The position numbers were made by a program, and so were the translations under genes. A DNA stretch of 64,000 nt from Squalus acanthias (taxonomy: Eukaryota), in assembly GCA_030390025.1 (NCBI GenBank), contig CM059432.1, positions 110,858,001 through 110,922,000 of the forward strand, in the 5' to 3' direction. The notes beneath the pieces were generated by a model that saw nothing but the letters and a program-made list of their open reading frames with translations, had not been told where the DNA came from and made no database searches. Of the stretch, positions 36,139-49,085 are shown in pieces. Every line of letters starts with the position of its first letter. Within the stretch, counting starts at the first letter, position 1.

Positions 36139-36551
36139 CGTTAAGTTTTCATTAGCATTGCTGCCTTTAACAACCTTCTGCTGGGCTTCAATTCATTTGT
36201 AAGATCCAATTTCTCACCCTTATCTTAACCAAGACGCCCGACATAACGTTAGTTCCGTGCAAAACACACAGGCTGTCAATTATATCCAACACCGAAACTA
36301 GCCATATATTAAAAGAAAATCCATAAAGCAGACAGCAAGAGAAGGACCACGAGGTAATGAATTACTTGAGGTGCACTTTTTTTAATATTAAAAACAAGCC
36401 TCCAAAGTGACTTCTCGTGTTCAGTTTCCAGAACGAAGTAAAAGACAAAATTGCAAGCTCATGTTCCCCCCTTGCCTGTGACTGGAGTCAAACTCACATT
36501 GTTTGATGGATGAGTTATTCTCCATTTATAATATCCTTCAGACTGTTCCTG

Positions 36552-37220
36552 ATGAAGAAGGCAAACGGTATGCTGGCCTTCATAGCAAAAGGGTTGGAAT
36601 ACAGGAACAAGGATACCTTGCTGCAGCTGTACAGGGCACTGGTGAGACCACACCTCGAGTACTGTGTACAGTTTTGGTCGCCTCATCTGAGGAAAGATGT
36701 TCTTGCCATGGAGGGGGTGCAGCGGCGATTCACCAGGCTGATACCAGGAATGGCGGGATTGACCTATGAGGAGAGACTATGTAGTTTAGGGATGTACACA
36801 CTGGAGTTTAGAAGATTGAGAGGGGACGTCATAGAAGTGTATAAAATTCCGACAGGTCTAGACAGACTAGATGCAGAAGGAATGTTTCCCTTGGCGGGTG
36901 AGAACAGAACTAGAGGACATAATTTAAGGATAAGGGCTAAACCATTTAGGACAGAAATGAGGGGGAATTTCTTCACTCAGAGGGTGGTGAACCTGTGGAA
37001 CTCTTTGCCACAGAGGGCAGTGTACGCCAGCTCATTAAATATATTTAAGAGGGAATTAGATATATTTCTACAGGCAAAAGGGGTTAAGGGTTACGGAGAG
37101 AAGGCGGGGACGGGATACTGAATTGGAGGATCAGCCATGATCTCATTAAATGGCGGAGCAGGCTCGAAGGGCCGGATGGCCTACTCCTGCTCCTATCTTC
37201 TATGTATCTATGTATCTATG
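36552..37220 (+). mobile_element. 5'-truncated CR1 3' end with open RT C-terminal frame
   Basis: KKANGMLAFI...RPHLEYCVQFW...NLWNSLP open to 37121; 3'UTR hairpin region and (TATGTATC)n tail. Confidence 0.92.
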
Positions 37221-37367
37221 ATGTGATCTGAACCAGTTGACTAGTAGAGTTGCAATTGCTGATGACGTGCCATTTGCTGACATGGGTAGAACTGGGATGC
37301 AATCACATGGTGCATCTTGAGGAAGTATGTTATGTCACAAATAACATCCTAATTGACTGCGACAAAG

Positions 37368-38505
37368 GTAATCTATCCCTTCTCCAGCCGTAATGAGAGA
37401 ATTGCCTGCAACGGCTTCTCTTCCCAGTCCCGCAGTGTCACCTCTGGTGCCCCCCAAGGATCTATCCTTGGCCCCCTCCTATATCTCATCTACATGCTGC
37501 CCCTCGGTGACATCATCCGGCAACACAATGTGAGTTTTCACATATACGCTGATGACACCCAGCTCTACCTCTCCTCCACCTCTCTCCAACCCTCCACCGT
37601 CTCTATACTATCAGACAGCTTGTCCAATATCTAGCACTGGATGAGTAGAAATTTCCTCCAATTAAATATCGGGAAGACCGAAGCCATTGTCTTCGGTTCA
37701 CACCACAAACTCTGTTCCCTTTCCATTGATTCGATCTCACTCCTGGCAACTGTCTAAGGTTGACCAAGTCTGTTCGCAACCTTGCTGTCATATTTGATCA
37801 CGAATTCAGCTTCCTACCTCATATCCGTTCTATCACTAAGCCCATTTCCACCTTCGTAATATCGCCTGCCTCTGCCCTTACCTCAACTTATCTGCTGCTG
37901 AAACCTCATCCATGCCTTTATCACCTTTAGACTTGACTATTCCAATGCACTCCTGGCCGGCCGGCCTCTCTAGTTCTACCCTCCATAAACTTGAGGTCAT
38001 CCAAGACTCTGCCACCCGTGTGCTAACCCGCACCAAGTCCCGTTCACCCATCTCCCCTGTGCTCACTGACCCCCATTGGCTCCCAGTTAAGCAATGCCTT
38101 GATTTTAAAATTCTCATCCTTATTTCCAATTCCTCCATAGCCTCGTCCCTCCTTATCTCTGTAATCTCCTCCAGCCCTATGATGCCCCTAGATCTCTGCG
38201 CTAAGCCCATTCTGGCCATTTGAACATCCCCAATTTTAAATGCTCCACCATTGGCGGCCGCGCCTTCAGCTGCCAAGGCCCTAAACTCTGGAATTCCCTC
38301 CCTAAATCTCTCCACCTCTCTACCTCTCTTTCCTCCTTTAAGACGCTCCTTAAAACCTACCTCTTTGACCAAACTTTTGGTCACCTGCCCTAATTTCAAG
38401 TTATGTGGCTTGGTGTCGAATATTGTTTTTTTTTATAACACTCCTATGAAGTGCCTTGTGATGTTTTATTACATTAAAGGCGCTATATAAGTTGTTGTTG
38501 TTGTT
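37368..38505 (+). mobile_element. L2 LINE 3' part
   Basis: [37 protein letters not shown]; ends AAAGGCGCTATATAA(GTT)n. Confidence 0.88.
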
Positions 38506-39949
38506 ATGAGGTACTCAGATTGTTCTGGAGCCACTAATTCATGGCAGTGACTGACAAGGTCTAAAACATTCACATTTATGAAGAGTCCAAATATAGAACA
38601 AAAAGAAACATTTTAAGAATAGATTTGAAATTCTTTGACATTAACAAATGGAACAAAAATATTGATGCAAAGTGGACATGTGGGAAAGTCTACCAGTGGC
38701 TATCTGTGTGAGTCGGAGAATTCATCGATTGCTTTGAGCTGAGCTCTCCATCTCGTATTCTAATACAAGCCCTTTATTTTACAACTGTCTCATTATATTC
38801 ATTTTGTCTACTATTCATATTTACAATGACACTAAACTATCTCAATACCATTTTCAATTGTAACTATTAAGGCCCTTATTAAATAATGCTAAATAATTTG
38901 ACACGGATTTCCATTTACATAGTTAAACATTAATACCTCAAATAAGCTTTTTTATTGACCAAGAGCTGGCTGTAATGGAAACTGCCACCAAGTCCTTTTG
39001 TGTGTGCGTGTGTGGCTGTGTATACGGATATCTAGTTTCAGAAATGTATCTTTATTCAGGCTTGGCTTTTCTGGAACGTCCACTTCACTAAATGTTCACT
39101 CTCTAGATGCTCTGCACGTAGTTTGTGTGCGTAAGGAGATTTACTTCCCACGGATAAGCTAATTGTATTAGTAATGGATAATGGCATGAAACCTGCCAAT
39201 GGCAATGTTTTCACCAAGGACGATGTAGAATGTGAAACTGCTACATAATTCATTTTTTTTTAACCATCTTAGTTAAGTATGTCCCAGGGAGTCCAACAAA
39301 CCTACTTCTGCCCATCACAATAAAGTGTTGTCTTTCAAGAAAGTCACTGCTTCTCTTATTCATGGAGACTGCCTCTACCGCACTGTCTGAACTGCGGTGT
39401 TAGAATGAGAGGAGCCGCATGCTGTGTAGAACTGTATAACAGCTGTGGGCAATTAACAGTTACAGAACCAATTGAAAAACTTTTTTTCTGTGAACCTAAT
39501 GGAAATCAAATCTCTTTTTAAGCTCCACAGGATTTACCTAATGCAAGGCTCGGGGATAAAATATGCAAAAGTGGACATGCCATGAAAATTACATATCGCA
39601 GATCGCCCTTTTAAAATAGCCACGATTAGTCCGAGTGCAGTAACTGCCATCACTAAAAATAGCCATTCAAGCATAACCACAGAATCAAAAAGTGAAAGAG
39701 AAATTCAAACATGTCTGTCAATCATTCCTCCTGCTCCAGTAGATACTGTGAGTTATACTGATTCTGGTCACTACTTTGATCGACCTGACAACTGTCCCAG
39801 GATAACCAGTCTGAATTCAAAAAGCAACAGCCAAGTAGAGCAAACTAGCAGAACATGAGTCAAATTGATTCCTCAATTTTACAGTTAAAATCTCCTGGGC
39901 CTCCCGCTCCCAGAAGCCGGACTGATCATCGCCTGCGCCAGCTCCCACG

Positions 39950-40197
39950 TGCATGATTCCCAATTCCACCATCGGGAGAAACAGAGCCAAGCCTGGTTTG
40001 GTCTTCCTATAAATGTGCACATGGTAGTGATCAGGAGCGGGCACCCTGGCCAATTACCTCTCCTCGAACATGGGGGCACCGAGGCCAACTGTAGAATGTT
40101 TATACCATCCAGCTGAGATCAGGTTAACTCAGTACAGACCAGAGACTGAACCTGGGATCTTCCTGCTCTATGTGCCTTAATCAACTGAGCTACTGGG
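39950..40197 (-). mobile_element. Ancient tRNA-derived SINE head
   Basis: Minus strand TAGCTCAGTTGA (A box) ... GGTTCAGTCTC (B-box-like); heavily diverged. Confidence 0.4.
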
Positions 40198-42571
40198 AGT
40201 TTGTTTGCAGGTTCCTGAAGATGTTGGTTTTAGATCAAATTAAGTTTTCCATAGAGTCCTATTGTGTCCACAGTAGCTTATTTTCTGTATTTGATATTAA
40301 TGCCTATACTATATTTCCAACAGAAGGAGACGATGTTAATGTGACAATAAACCCAACTCAGTGCAGGATGGGATGCTCACAAGTCTGGATGTGTTTCTTT
40401 GCAAGTACATAATGCAACGTTTGAGCAGAAGTCGAGAACATGAGAGGCCAGCTGTAGTCATTCTCCACTCCCACTCCTGGTGGACTCCCAGGCAAGGCCA
40501 AGGAGCCCAAAAAAATGTTATACAAATGATCTAGATGTTGCATGATTGGCCAGGGTCAGGGGTGCCTCTTTGCGGTGGGTGGAAGTCCCACTACACTGAA
40601 CATGCACCTCAATACTCTGAAACAGGAAATCCATGTCATTATCTTTTTTTAAATATCATCCAAAATGAGCTACTAGGTTGGTGTATTTTCAACTCTTGTA
40701 CTCATTGGCTGACCCACGAGTTAACAATTCTCAAGAAAGTTAACTCCCTATGTTCAAAATGTTGCAAGTAATGGATTGTTAACATTTTCAACATTTCCCC
40801 CTCAGGTGCCCCATGTATTATTACAAAGTAATTGCAGTGTGCAGACCTTACCTGATTAAAGCAGGCATGCTTGAAAAGTTGCAGATATTGAAATGGAAAG
40901 CACAAGTAAAAGCCAACACTTGTACTAATTCCCTGTGTGTAACAGTAACTTAGTCAATAATTTCTGTACCTTTACTTCCACACACAAAATGTTTGGTCAA
41001 CTGACCTTTTGGTGCTGAACATTTTGACAATGTTTTGCTTCTCATGTAAGATTTGGATCTCGTAGACAAGGTAGGTGTGCTGTCCCCTTCAGCTGACCTG
41101 ATGAAAAAGCAGGTAACAGGTTAGAAACAGTTCAACTACAACTAGACTTAAACTGATGAAATTCATTTTTGGTCATAGAAGCCTAAAGTATAGATTGAGA
41201 AAGGTGGTTTAGCCCAACAGCCCCAATCCTTCCATAGACCTTATGCAACTTACTCGATCAATTGCACAACATCCAATATTTCAGCTCTTCCCAGAGCTAA
41301 AAGTTCCAAGAAAACAGAGCTCTGAAATTTCTTCCTGATGTTCTGCATCCATCAATGTAACATTATAATCTACCCAGCCAACTCCAGACCTGCTGCATTG
41401 CAAAAGTGACATCCCCTCTGACCCCTTGGAATTGGAACCACAGTGTTTCATTGCAAACCGAACACTTATCCTTATATCCTTCAATTCATTCCCGAACCTA
41501 GCCCTTCTCTATAATAAATAATCACAGTCGGATTACCTGTTGTTGCTGCTACAGATATTTGATTTTTGCATGGTGGGGCAAGTTCTAATCTGTACTCTTA
41601 CAAGAGGCTTGTTAATTTTGTCCTTGTGTCCTCTAGTTCAGCCATCACTGCTGGAGTTAAATAATCTGCTTACATAACTAATGTCTCCCATCATTTTAAA
41701 GAACTGTATCATATACATCCTCAATATTTGTTCTCCAATGAAAACCAGTTCAGTTCTCTTCTGATGAATGTAGTGCAAGATGGTTTTTTGACACAATGGG
41801 GTGGAAATTCTGCGAGGGTTGCAGAGGTGGTGGGAACAGTCAGCATGCAGTTTGTGTACGCCCGAATAAAGCACATCTATTGAGCTCCAATTTCTGGGTC
41901 ACAGCTCGTTATATATGCAGCGCAAGCTCCCAGTGTGATTTGAGCCTTCTGCTGGGAGCTTGTACAGTAGGGGGAAGGGAGCAGAGTGATAGCTGCAACA
42001 ATTTAAAGGGGTTACAGACTGCAGCTTTTGAAGGAGCCACATCCATGAAAAACTGGATGGTTAGCAGATTTGTAGCTGGAACTACTGGTGCAAGATGTGT
42101 GCCAAAGGAGGGTTGCGCTGTTCAGTGCTCCAGTGCAGAATGCTTGCGGGAAGTGGCAACCTTCACGACTGCAGTGCACATGGAGGCAGATATCTGAACA
42201 GTTTCTGGGCAACACAAAATCTGCAAAATTAAGCCTACCTAACATTTCCCTCTGCCAAGTTGATGTGAAAGAATGCAGACACATAGGCCTAGAAATTGGA
42301 TTAGGCCCGAAAAAAGGGCGGTGTCAAGGGCCAGTGCTATTTGCCTATGCCGGTTGAAAGTGGAGCAGGCAACACGTAAAATTGGTGCTGCCTGCTCATT
42401 ATAATGATTACAGCGCTGATCTCAGCGTTAAACGCGCTGCTGATTGGCTCAGCGCTGGTGGCCCAATGTCAGGTACAGTCTAATGGCCAGTAATGTTTGG
42501 CCTAGGCTCACTCCACTACTTAAAGGGGAGGTGCTTTGTTGCAGCACCTCATTGTCAGTCAGGCTGAAGAC

Positions 42572-43692
42572 ATGGCACAGTAACCAAGGGAGCAAGCACG
42601 AAGGTTCTTGGATGCTGCACTCCTCCCTCAAGCAACAATCTCTTCTCACTTACAAGCTGCTGATGATGTATGCATGGATATCTTGCTTTCACCCCCCTGT
42701 CCTCACCAAATAGCACTGCGTGGACTTTAGAGGGTAGAGAGGCGGGATCTACACGTAGTGAGTCACCAGGCACAAGTGGCCTGCAGCTAGGCCAGGGGGA
42801 AAGACACAGGTGCTAGCTTCCCGGAGGGCGAGTTCTGCTGCACAGGACTCAGATGATGACCTCGATGGGGCAGCCTTCAGAAGAAGGGTGATGGCCATGC
42901 ACACGGAAATGCTGGGTGCAATGGTAAGTCTGCCAGTGAGCCTCTTGTCAGTGTCAAGGAGCATGGAGGAGTCCACCTCCAACATTGGACTGGGCTATGC
43001 GCAGAGCTTGGAGCCCATGATTTCCAGGATGGAAATGATGGAAAACTCCAGGAGAGACCTTGTGGACCCAGACATGATGCGGTGTGTTTTTTTTAATTCA
43101 TTTATGGGATGTGGGCGTCGCTGGCAAGGCCAGCATTTATTGGCCATCCCTAATTGCCCTTGATGGGCGATGTCGCGGTTTCCATTGCAGCACAGCCGGA
43201 AGCGACTCAACGTCTCAGTGCTGCAGTGGAAGCTCAGACTGCTCTCCTGCAGGCTCAGCTTGCTGCCATCATGGCTGGGTTTACCAGTGTCGAAAGGAGC
43301 TTTCAGGGTGTCACAGCAGTCCAGCAATCCGTCCTCCAACAGATGGCTAGGAATGCTGAGGAGCCATCCCGGGAGAGTGGCAGTGGATTTGTGGAGCAGG
43401 AACCTGCTGTCCTCTCTCAGGATGCTGCATTCCTGCACCACTGCCACTCCGCTATTGCCGCTGCCTCTCAGCCAGCCAGCCCAGACTGCTGCCGCCCATG
43501 CCAAGGTGGTGCAGTCTTCAGCCGGGCCTTCCAGGTCCACAGCTCATCAATGTCATTTGTACTCTTCCCCCACTGAAAGTCAGCAGCCTTCCACCAGCCA
43601 TGCTGCAGCCTCTGGGCGAGCACTGCATAGGAGCACTAGAGTAGGTAAAGGTACACGAACGACAGGCACTAAGGGAATCCACAAGGGTGATT
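42572..43692 (+). pseudogene. Harbinger Myb/SANT-like gene remnant (start plus last exon)
   Basis: MAQ*PREQARRFLDAAL, then a deletion. MHTEMLGAM...SRSMEE and QQSVLQQMARNAE align with exon 3 of the gene at 62521. A SINE tail is inserted at about 43085-43162. Confidence 0.7.
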
Positions 43693-43865
43693 AGTTGATA
43701 TTGTAATGTTAATTGGATTCGGATAAATTTATGATTTGTATTTGGAATGTTTGTTTTGTGGTGGCTCTCCTTTCAGCTTTGTGCCCAGGAGGAACGCTGT
43801 GATATTCCGTGAGGCAGGGATGGAATGATGGGGATGTGGTGAGCAACGGGGATCTGGGGTTTCAT

Positions 43866-44980
43866 TCATTGGAATCGGAGTCTGATGAGGCGTTCACGGA
43901 CAGCCCGTCCAGAACAGGGATCTGCTGCCTGCCTCCTCCCTCCCTCCCTCTGCCTCCTCATCCTTGTCCTCCACCGCCTCCTCCTCCTCTCCCTCTTCCT
44001 CCTCCTGAGGTGGTCCCGCAATCCCTGGTGGCAAAGGCTGGGCCCTCATGATGGCCAAGTTGTGAAGCATGCAGCAGACACCTGCTCCGGTGAGTACTGG
44101 AGGGCTCCTCCAGAGTGGTCAAGGCAGCGGGACCATTGCTTCAGCAGTCCAATGGTCTGCTCGATGATGTTCCTGGTGGCAGCATGGCTGTCATTATATG
44201 AGTGCTGGCCACGAGTGGTGGAGAGTCATCAGCCAGGTGCAGAGCGGATAGCCCTAGTCTCCGAGCAGCCACCCTTGGGTTTGATGTGGTGGCTGGATGA
44301 TAATTAACACACCAGACTGGCGCAGGATGAAGGCATTATGACTGCTGCCAGGATAGCAGGTATTGACCATTATGATGCGATGGGCGTGGTCACACAACAA
44401 CTGCATATTAAGTGAGTGGTAGCCTTTACGGTTACAGAAGATCTCAGGATTGTTATACGACGCCCGCAAAGCCACGTGAGTGCAGTCGATGGCGCCCTGC
44501 ACCATGGGGAAGCCTGCTATCCTGGCAATGCCACATGCACGCTCGTCCTGCTTCTCTCTGGTCAGCGAGAAGACAAAGTAGTCCCTTCTCCTGGTGTAGA
44601 GAGCCTCAGTGACCTCCCATATGCAGCGATGGACGAGTTACTGCGATATGTTCACTATGTTTCCTGCTGCAGCCTGGAAGGATCCGCTGGCAAAGAAATT
44701 GAGGCCACAGTGACCTTGAGGGCTACTGGGAGAGCCGTGGTCACCCTGCTCTCAGGCTGCAGGTCTGGTTGCAGGTGGTGGCAGAGTTCTGTGACCACCT
44801 CCTTGGTGAAGTGGAGCCTCCTAATACCTCCAATTAAGTGAGGAGCAGTGTAAGAGAAGTGCTCTCGGAAGACCCTAGCTGGGTAAGGCCTCCTGCTGAG
44901 AGCCCTCCTGCGCCTCCTCCTCCTCCCTCTGCGCGCATCTTCTCCTCTTCTTCGCTGCCTCCGCTCCCTCTGCCAAAGGA
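43866..44980 (-). pseudogene. Harbinger (HARBI1-type DDE) transposase, frameshifted
   Basis: RRPYPARVFR, LHFTKEVVTELC, GFPMVQGAIDCTHV, NRKGYHSLNMQ, PGSSHNAFIL, LLGD*GY, TRNIIEQTIGLLK, acidic tract, ending RERLIRLRFQ*. Confidence 0.92.
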
Positions 44981-45916
44981 TCGGTGCGGCGTTTCTCGGG
45001 CAGTCACCTATTCACAATGAAAGACTATAACATAGACGTCGTTAAACCGTTACATGAGAAATCAACTGAAATAAATTTAAAAAAAAGTGAAACATGAATT
45101 CTTGGTGAGGAGTTTACTGGTGTAAATCGTGCAGAGATTTCAATTAAATTAACAACAACAGACTTGTGAAGAACTCTTGGTGAGAATATGGTGTTAAGAC
45201 TTTTAAAAACTGACTTCCAAACTTTGCATCTTATTTTATCAGTTCCTAAACTAGAAAACCAAATGCATAAAATTTAAGGAAATGCAGCTGATTTTTTCCT
45301 GAGATTCTTACACCTGTAATACGGTACAGTTTATTTTAAAAGTATTTACCTCCTATAATGTTTGACTGACCAGGGGTGAGATTTGATGCATCTCATTGGA
45401 AGCAGCTCATTGGAAGCACTTTTCACTCCAATGACACAGTCGGAGCTCTCCATAGTGACCAGTTATCTCAGCAGCTATTTACTGTCCGGGTTCTAGCTCA
45501 CCGCCGCTTTCTCCCGGCTCTACACGCTGTCAATGGCTGCACGCACGGGGGTGCTTTGGCGCGGGCCGGAAGTGAGCGGAAGCGAGGCGGCCGCCATTTT
45601 TTCTTCAAAACCTGCCTTGACGGCTGGCGCTAAAGGTTCGAGTTTCTAGGCCCATGTCAGCTGCAAGTTGTTGCTGATGATCCCTTTAAATATCGCTGCT
45701 GGAGGCTCCTTCCTGCTGCTGAATGCTGGCTCAGCTGGTCGTGATTAAGAGAGGGCAGATTTTGCATCAAGTGAGCGTTGCACACTCAGATGTCACGATC
45801 TGCCTCATTTCCATTTCTGCAGCGAGTGCAAGAAACGGCAGCGCTGCCGACATGCCCAAAAAGGCAGCCAGAAGTGAGTCGGCCGTCATTTTTTCTTCAA
45901 AGCGCTAAACTCTCGA

Positions 45917-46420
45917 GGGTCCGGTAGCATAGCGGTTATGTTACTGGACTAGTAATCCAGAGGCCTGGACTAATGATCCGGAAACGTGAATTCCAAATCC
46001 CACCACGGCAGCTGGGGAATTTAAATTCAGTTAATTAAATAAATCTGGAATTTTAAAAAAAGCTAGCATCAGTAATGGTGACCATGAAACTACCGGATTG
46101 TCGTAAAAACCCATCTGGTTCACTAATGTCCTTTAGGGAAGGAAATCCGCCGTCCTTACCTGGTCTGGCCTATATGTGACTCCAGACACACAGCAATGTG
46201 GTTGACTCTTAACTGCCCTCTGAAATGGCCGAGCAAGACACTCAGTTGTAACAAACCGCTACAACAAAGTCAGCACTGTGGAAGTACCTTCACCACAAGG
46301 ACTGCAGCGATTCAAGAAGGCGGCTCACCACCACCTTCTCAAGGGCAATTAGGAATGGGCAGTAAATGCTGGCTTCGCCAGCGACACCCACATCCCAGGA
46401 ACGAATATAATTTTTTTTTT
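45917..46420 (+). mobile_element. Full-length tRNA-derived SINE with LINE-derived tail
   Basis: A-box-like TAGCATAGCGG, degenerate B box (TTCCAAATCCC); several related copies in the window; tail matches the LINE at 19085-20414. Confidence 0.85.
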
Positions 46421-46969
46421 CGAGGCCACAGTGTTTCATCTCAACTGGTTCCATACCGACTGTGGCTGTCGGCAAAGCACTACGCCCAACCATACAGTTC
46501 CTTCATTGTTCAAATACTTACACCCAGACAAGTTTGCCCTGAAAAATTCTTTCAACAAAAGCATGCGGTACATTTATTTATTCACGCACATGCCAAGATA
46601 CAGGATGGGCACTTAGATGTTAATGCATGTGCTTGAGACTTCGTGGGGGCCAAATTCGATAGCCCCTGAAAACGGTCGCAGATCGCAATATGCGATTAAC
46701 CCGCGCCCATTCAATGTCAAGCAGGCAGCAGGCCAACTTCATGCTGCCTACTCCTTTAAATGATTGTAGCGTGCAGCCAGTGTTAACTGCACTGTTCATT
46801 GGCTGCATGCATCAGCAGGGGGCCCAAAATCGTACGAGGTTAGCACCACTTAAAGCTGGCCTGCACTACTTAAAGCCAGGCTGCACCTCTTAAAGGGGAG
46901 GTGTATTGTGGCTGGAGCAGGTGCTGGAAGTCATTCTACAACTGATTCTGACCTGGGAAATACTCAATA

Positions 46970-47657
46970 ATGGCACAACATGGGGGAGAGCGGGCTCCAA
47001 GGTTCTCCGACGCTGCACTGGGAGGCCTTGGTGGAGGAGGTGGAGAGGAAGAGAGGTGTGCTGTATCCATAGGGAGCGAGGAGGCCCTCCAGACAAACGC
47101 TGAAAAGGCAGTGGGACCAGATAGCCATGGAGGTCACTGCCAGGAGTCAAGCCCCGAGGACCTGGATATAGTGCCACAAAAAGTACAATGACCTCACACG
47201 AATGGTCAAGGTCAGTGAATTTATCGTAAATGCCATATCCTAGCAACTGCACCACTAGCCTCAGCCACTGCTCAAATCACCACACCCCATCACTCACCAA
47301 CCAACAATCTTTATCAATCACGACTCATACCTCACAATCATAGCTTCACTTCACCCTCACACACTTACCATTGTGGCAAGCCTCACACCCACATCTCACA
47401 CCTGGCACACACTGCCAGCTATTCAACCATGACAGTCACATCACCCAAACACATTGCACCACACTCACTGACACACTTCCCTCTCTTGCAGGACAAGGTG
47501 GTGCACAACCAGAGGCAGCAGGAGCTAACTGGTAGGTGGCAGGCACTCCTCCATGTCCTTACCCCCATGGAATAAGGACATGGAGTGCTAGCCATCATTG
47601 GAATGGCCATTGCTGAGGCCGTGGCCAGTGGCGGGACTGAAACCATAGAAGATGATG
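46970..47657 (+). pseudogene. Myb/SANT-like gene exons 1-2 (46970-47210, 47492-47657), disrupted
   Basis: MAQHGGERAPRFSDAAL / EALVEEVE...W..IA.EV...RT...C.KKYNDL; GT-AG intron at the same position as in the 62521 gene; contains a frameshift and stops. Confidence 0.85.
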
Positions 47658-47678
47658 GTATCCTCATACCGACTCCAA

Positions 47679-48201
47679 CACAATAGCAAAATTCTGCGGA
47701 TGCTGGAAATCTGAAATAACAACAGAAAATGCTGGAAACACTCAGCAGGTCAGGCAGAATCGAGGAGAGAGAAACAGTGTCAATGTTTCGGACTGAACGG
47801 AAGTGTTCAATCACCCAACGGAGGTGCGGAACACCTCCGTTCAGTCCGCAAGCGTTACCCCGAGCTTCCGGTCGCCTGTCACTTTAATTCTCCGCTCCAC
47901 TCCCACTCTGACCTCTCGGTCCTCGGCCTCTTACACTGTTCCAACGAAAGCTCGAAGAACAGCACCTCATCTTTCGATTAGGCACTTTACAGCCTTCTGG
48001 ACTCAACATTGAGTTCAACAATTTCAGACTATAACCCCTGCCCCTATTTTTTCACATGGAGCTGTTGATGATTCTGCCATTCCCATTTGCAACATTTAAC
48101 TCTGTTTCTCTCTCTACAGATGCTGCCTGACCTGCTGAGTATTTCCAGCATTTTCTGTTTTTATTTCAGATTTCCAGCATCTGCAGTATTTTGCTTTTGT
48201 G
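47679..48201 (+). mobile_element. Penelope-like element 3' fragment with inverted pLTR ends
   Basis: GIY-YIG domain tail EHLRSV...PVACHFN...LEEQHLIFRLGTLQPSGLN (47826-48034); about 110-bp inverted terminal copies (47679-47788 vs 48090-48201); CCAA on both flanks. Confidence 0.85.
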
Positions 48202-48837
48202 CCAATAGAAATCAATCAGCAACCAACCTGAAAGTAGTTGCTGATCCCTTTAACTAGCGCTGGTGGGGGGCCCTTCCTGCTGCTGAACGCGTGTTCAGCT
48301 GTGTGAGGTAAAGACAGGGTGTTAGCTGGAGCGTTGAGCTCCAAAATGGCAACACTGGTGTCAAATCAGCGTTGCACGATTATGATCTGCCTACTCGGCA
48401 TACTTCCGGCAGATACTTACTGCACGCGTGCTAACGCCCTCACCAATATGGCGTCCAGTGCGACTCGCACCAGAAGCGTGTGCGCAGGCCGCAGATGCCA
48501 TTTTGGACCACTAAGGGCGCCCATAGCGCCCAAAGAACGGGTGCTACGGATCCGAATTTTGTGCCCCTAACATCTCAATGCTACTTTTCTGTTTGCAGGA
48601 CAATTTGGCACATTAAAGAAGGTAGCAGAAGAACACAAGAGGAGGGACTATCAATTTTAAGCCCTGAAGTGTACTTGAGGAAGCAGCTGTAAGATTGTTA
48701 GTGATGAGAGCACATAGGGAATGGGGTGGAGATGGGAGAAGGCAGATCAGGTCTTCCAAGCTGATGGTTAGCACCATCCTTTCCCTGTTACTTCTTTACT
48801 CCATACTCACTCAGTCTCCCAGAGGCACACATTCAAG

Positions 48838-49085
48838 CAACAACAACTTGCATTTATATAGCACCTTTAACAAGGAAAAACATTCCAAGGCATTAATTGT
48901 AGTGCAATCAAAAAAAGATGGTACTGAGCCAAAGAAGGAAATATTAGGAGGAGTGACCAAAAGCTTGGTCAAACAGGAGTATTTTAAGGAGGAACTTAAA
49001 GTAGGAGAGGGAGGTGGAGTGGTGGAGAGACTCAGATGGAGGCATAGTGCCTAGACAGCTGAAGGCACGGCCGCCAACAGAAGGG
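48838..49085 (-). mobile_element. L2 3' end fragment
   Basis: Reverse complement of the L2 terminus (compare 38250-38505). Confidence 0.7.

Larger units (their letters stand above)
42286..46427. mobile_element. Two-gene Harbinger transposon relic (Myb-like gene on +, transposase on -, convergent) with nested insertions
   Basis: Left TIR GGCCTAGAAATT; right TIR ...TTTCGAGGCC split by the SINE at 45917; flanks ATA and ACA. A second related terminus ends at 45653. Right boundary is inferred. Confidence 0.75.
46645..48567 (+). mobile_element. Internally deleted Harbinger element with Myb-like pseudogene; hosts a Penelope fragment
   Basis: Termini GGGGGCCAAATTCG and CGAATTTTGTGCCCC; right subterminal region resembles 45654-45907. 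Confidence 0.8.

Noticed and set aside
41090..41135. CTGATGA...GAAAC resembling a second hammerhead
   Set aside because: No stem II or stem I pairing.
41798..42252. Additional old MITE with a GGGGTGGAAATT start (similar case at 23155-23301)
   Set aside because: Termini too degenerate and no matching TSD, so not listed as features.
43809..44051. Poly-proline ORF on the + strand
   Set aside because: Antisense shadow of the Glu-rich tract of the minus-strand Harbinger transposase.
43866..44980. Host HARBI1 gene
   Set aside because: Multiple stops and frameshifts, and it lies within TIRs beside a Myb remnant.
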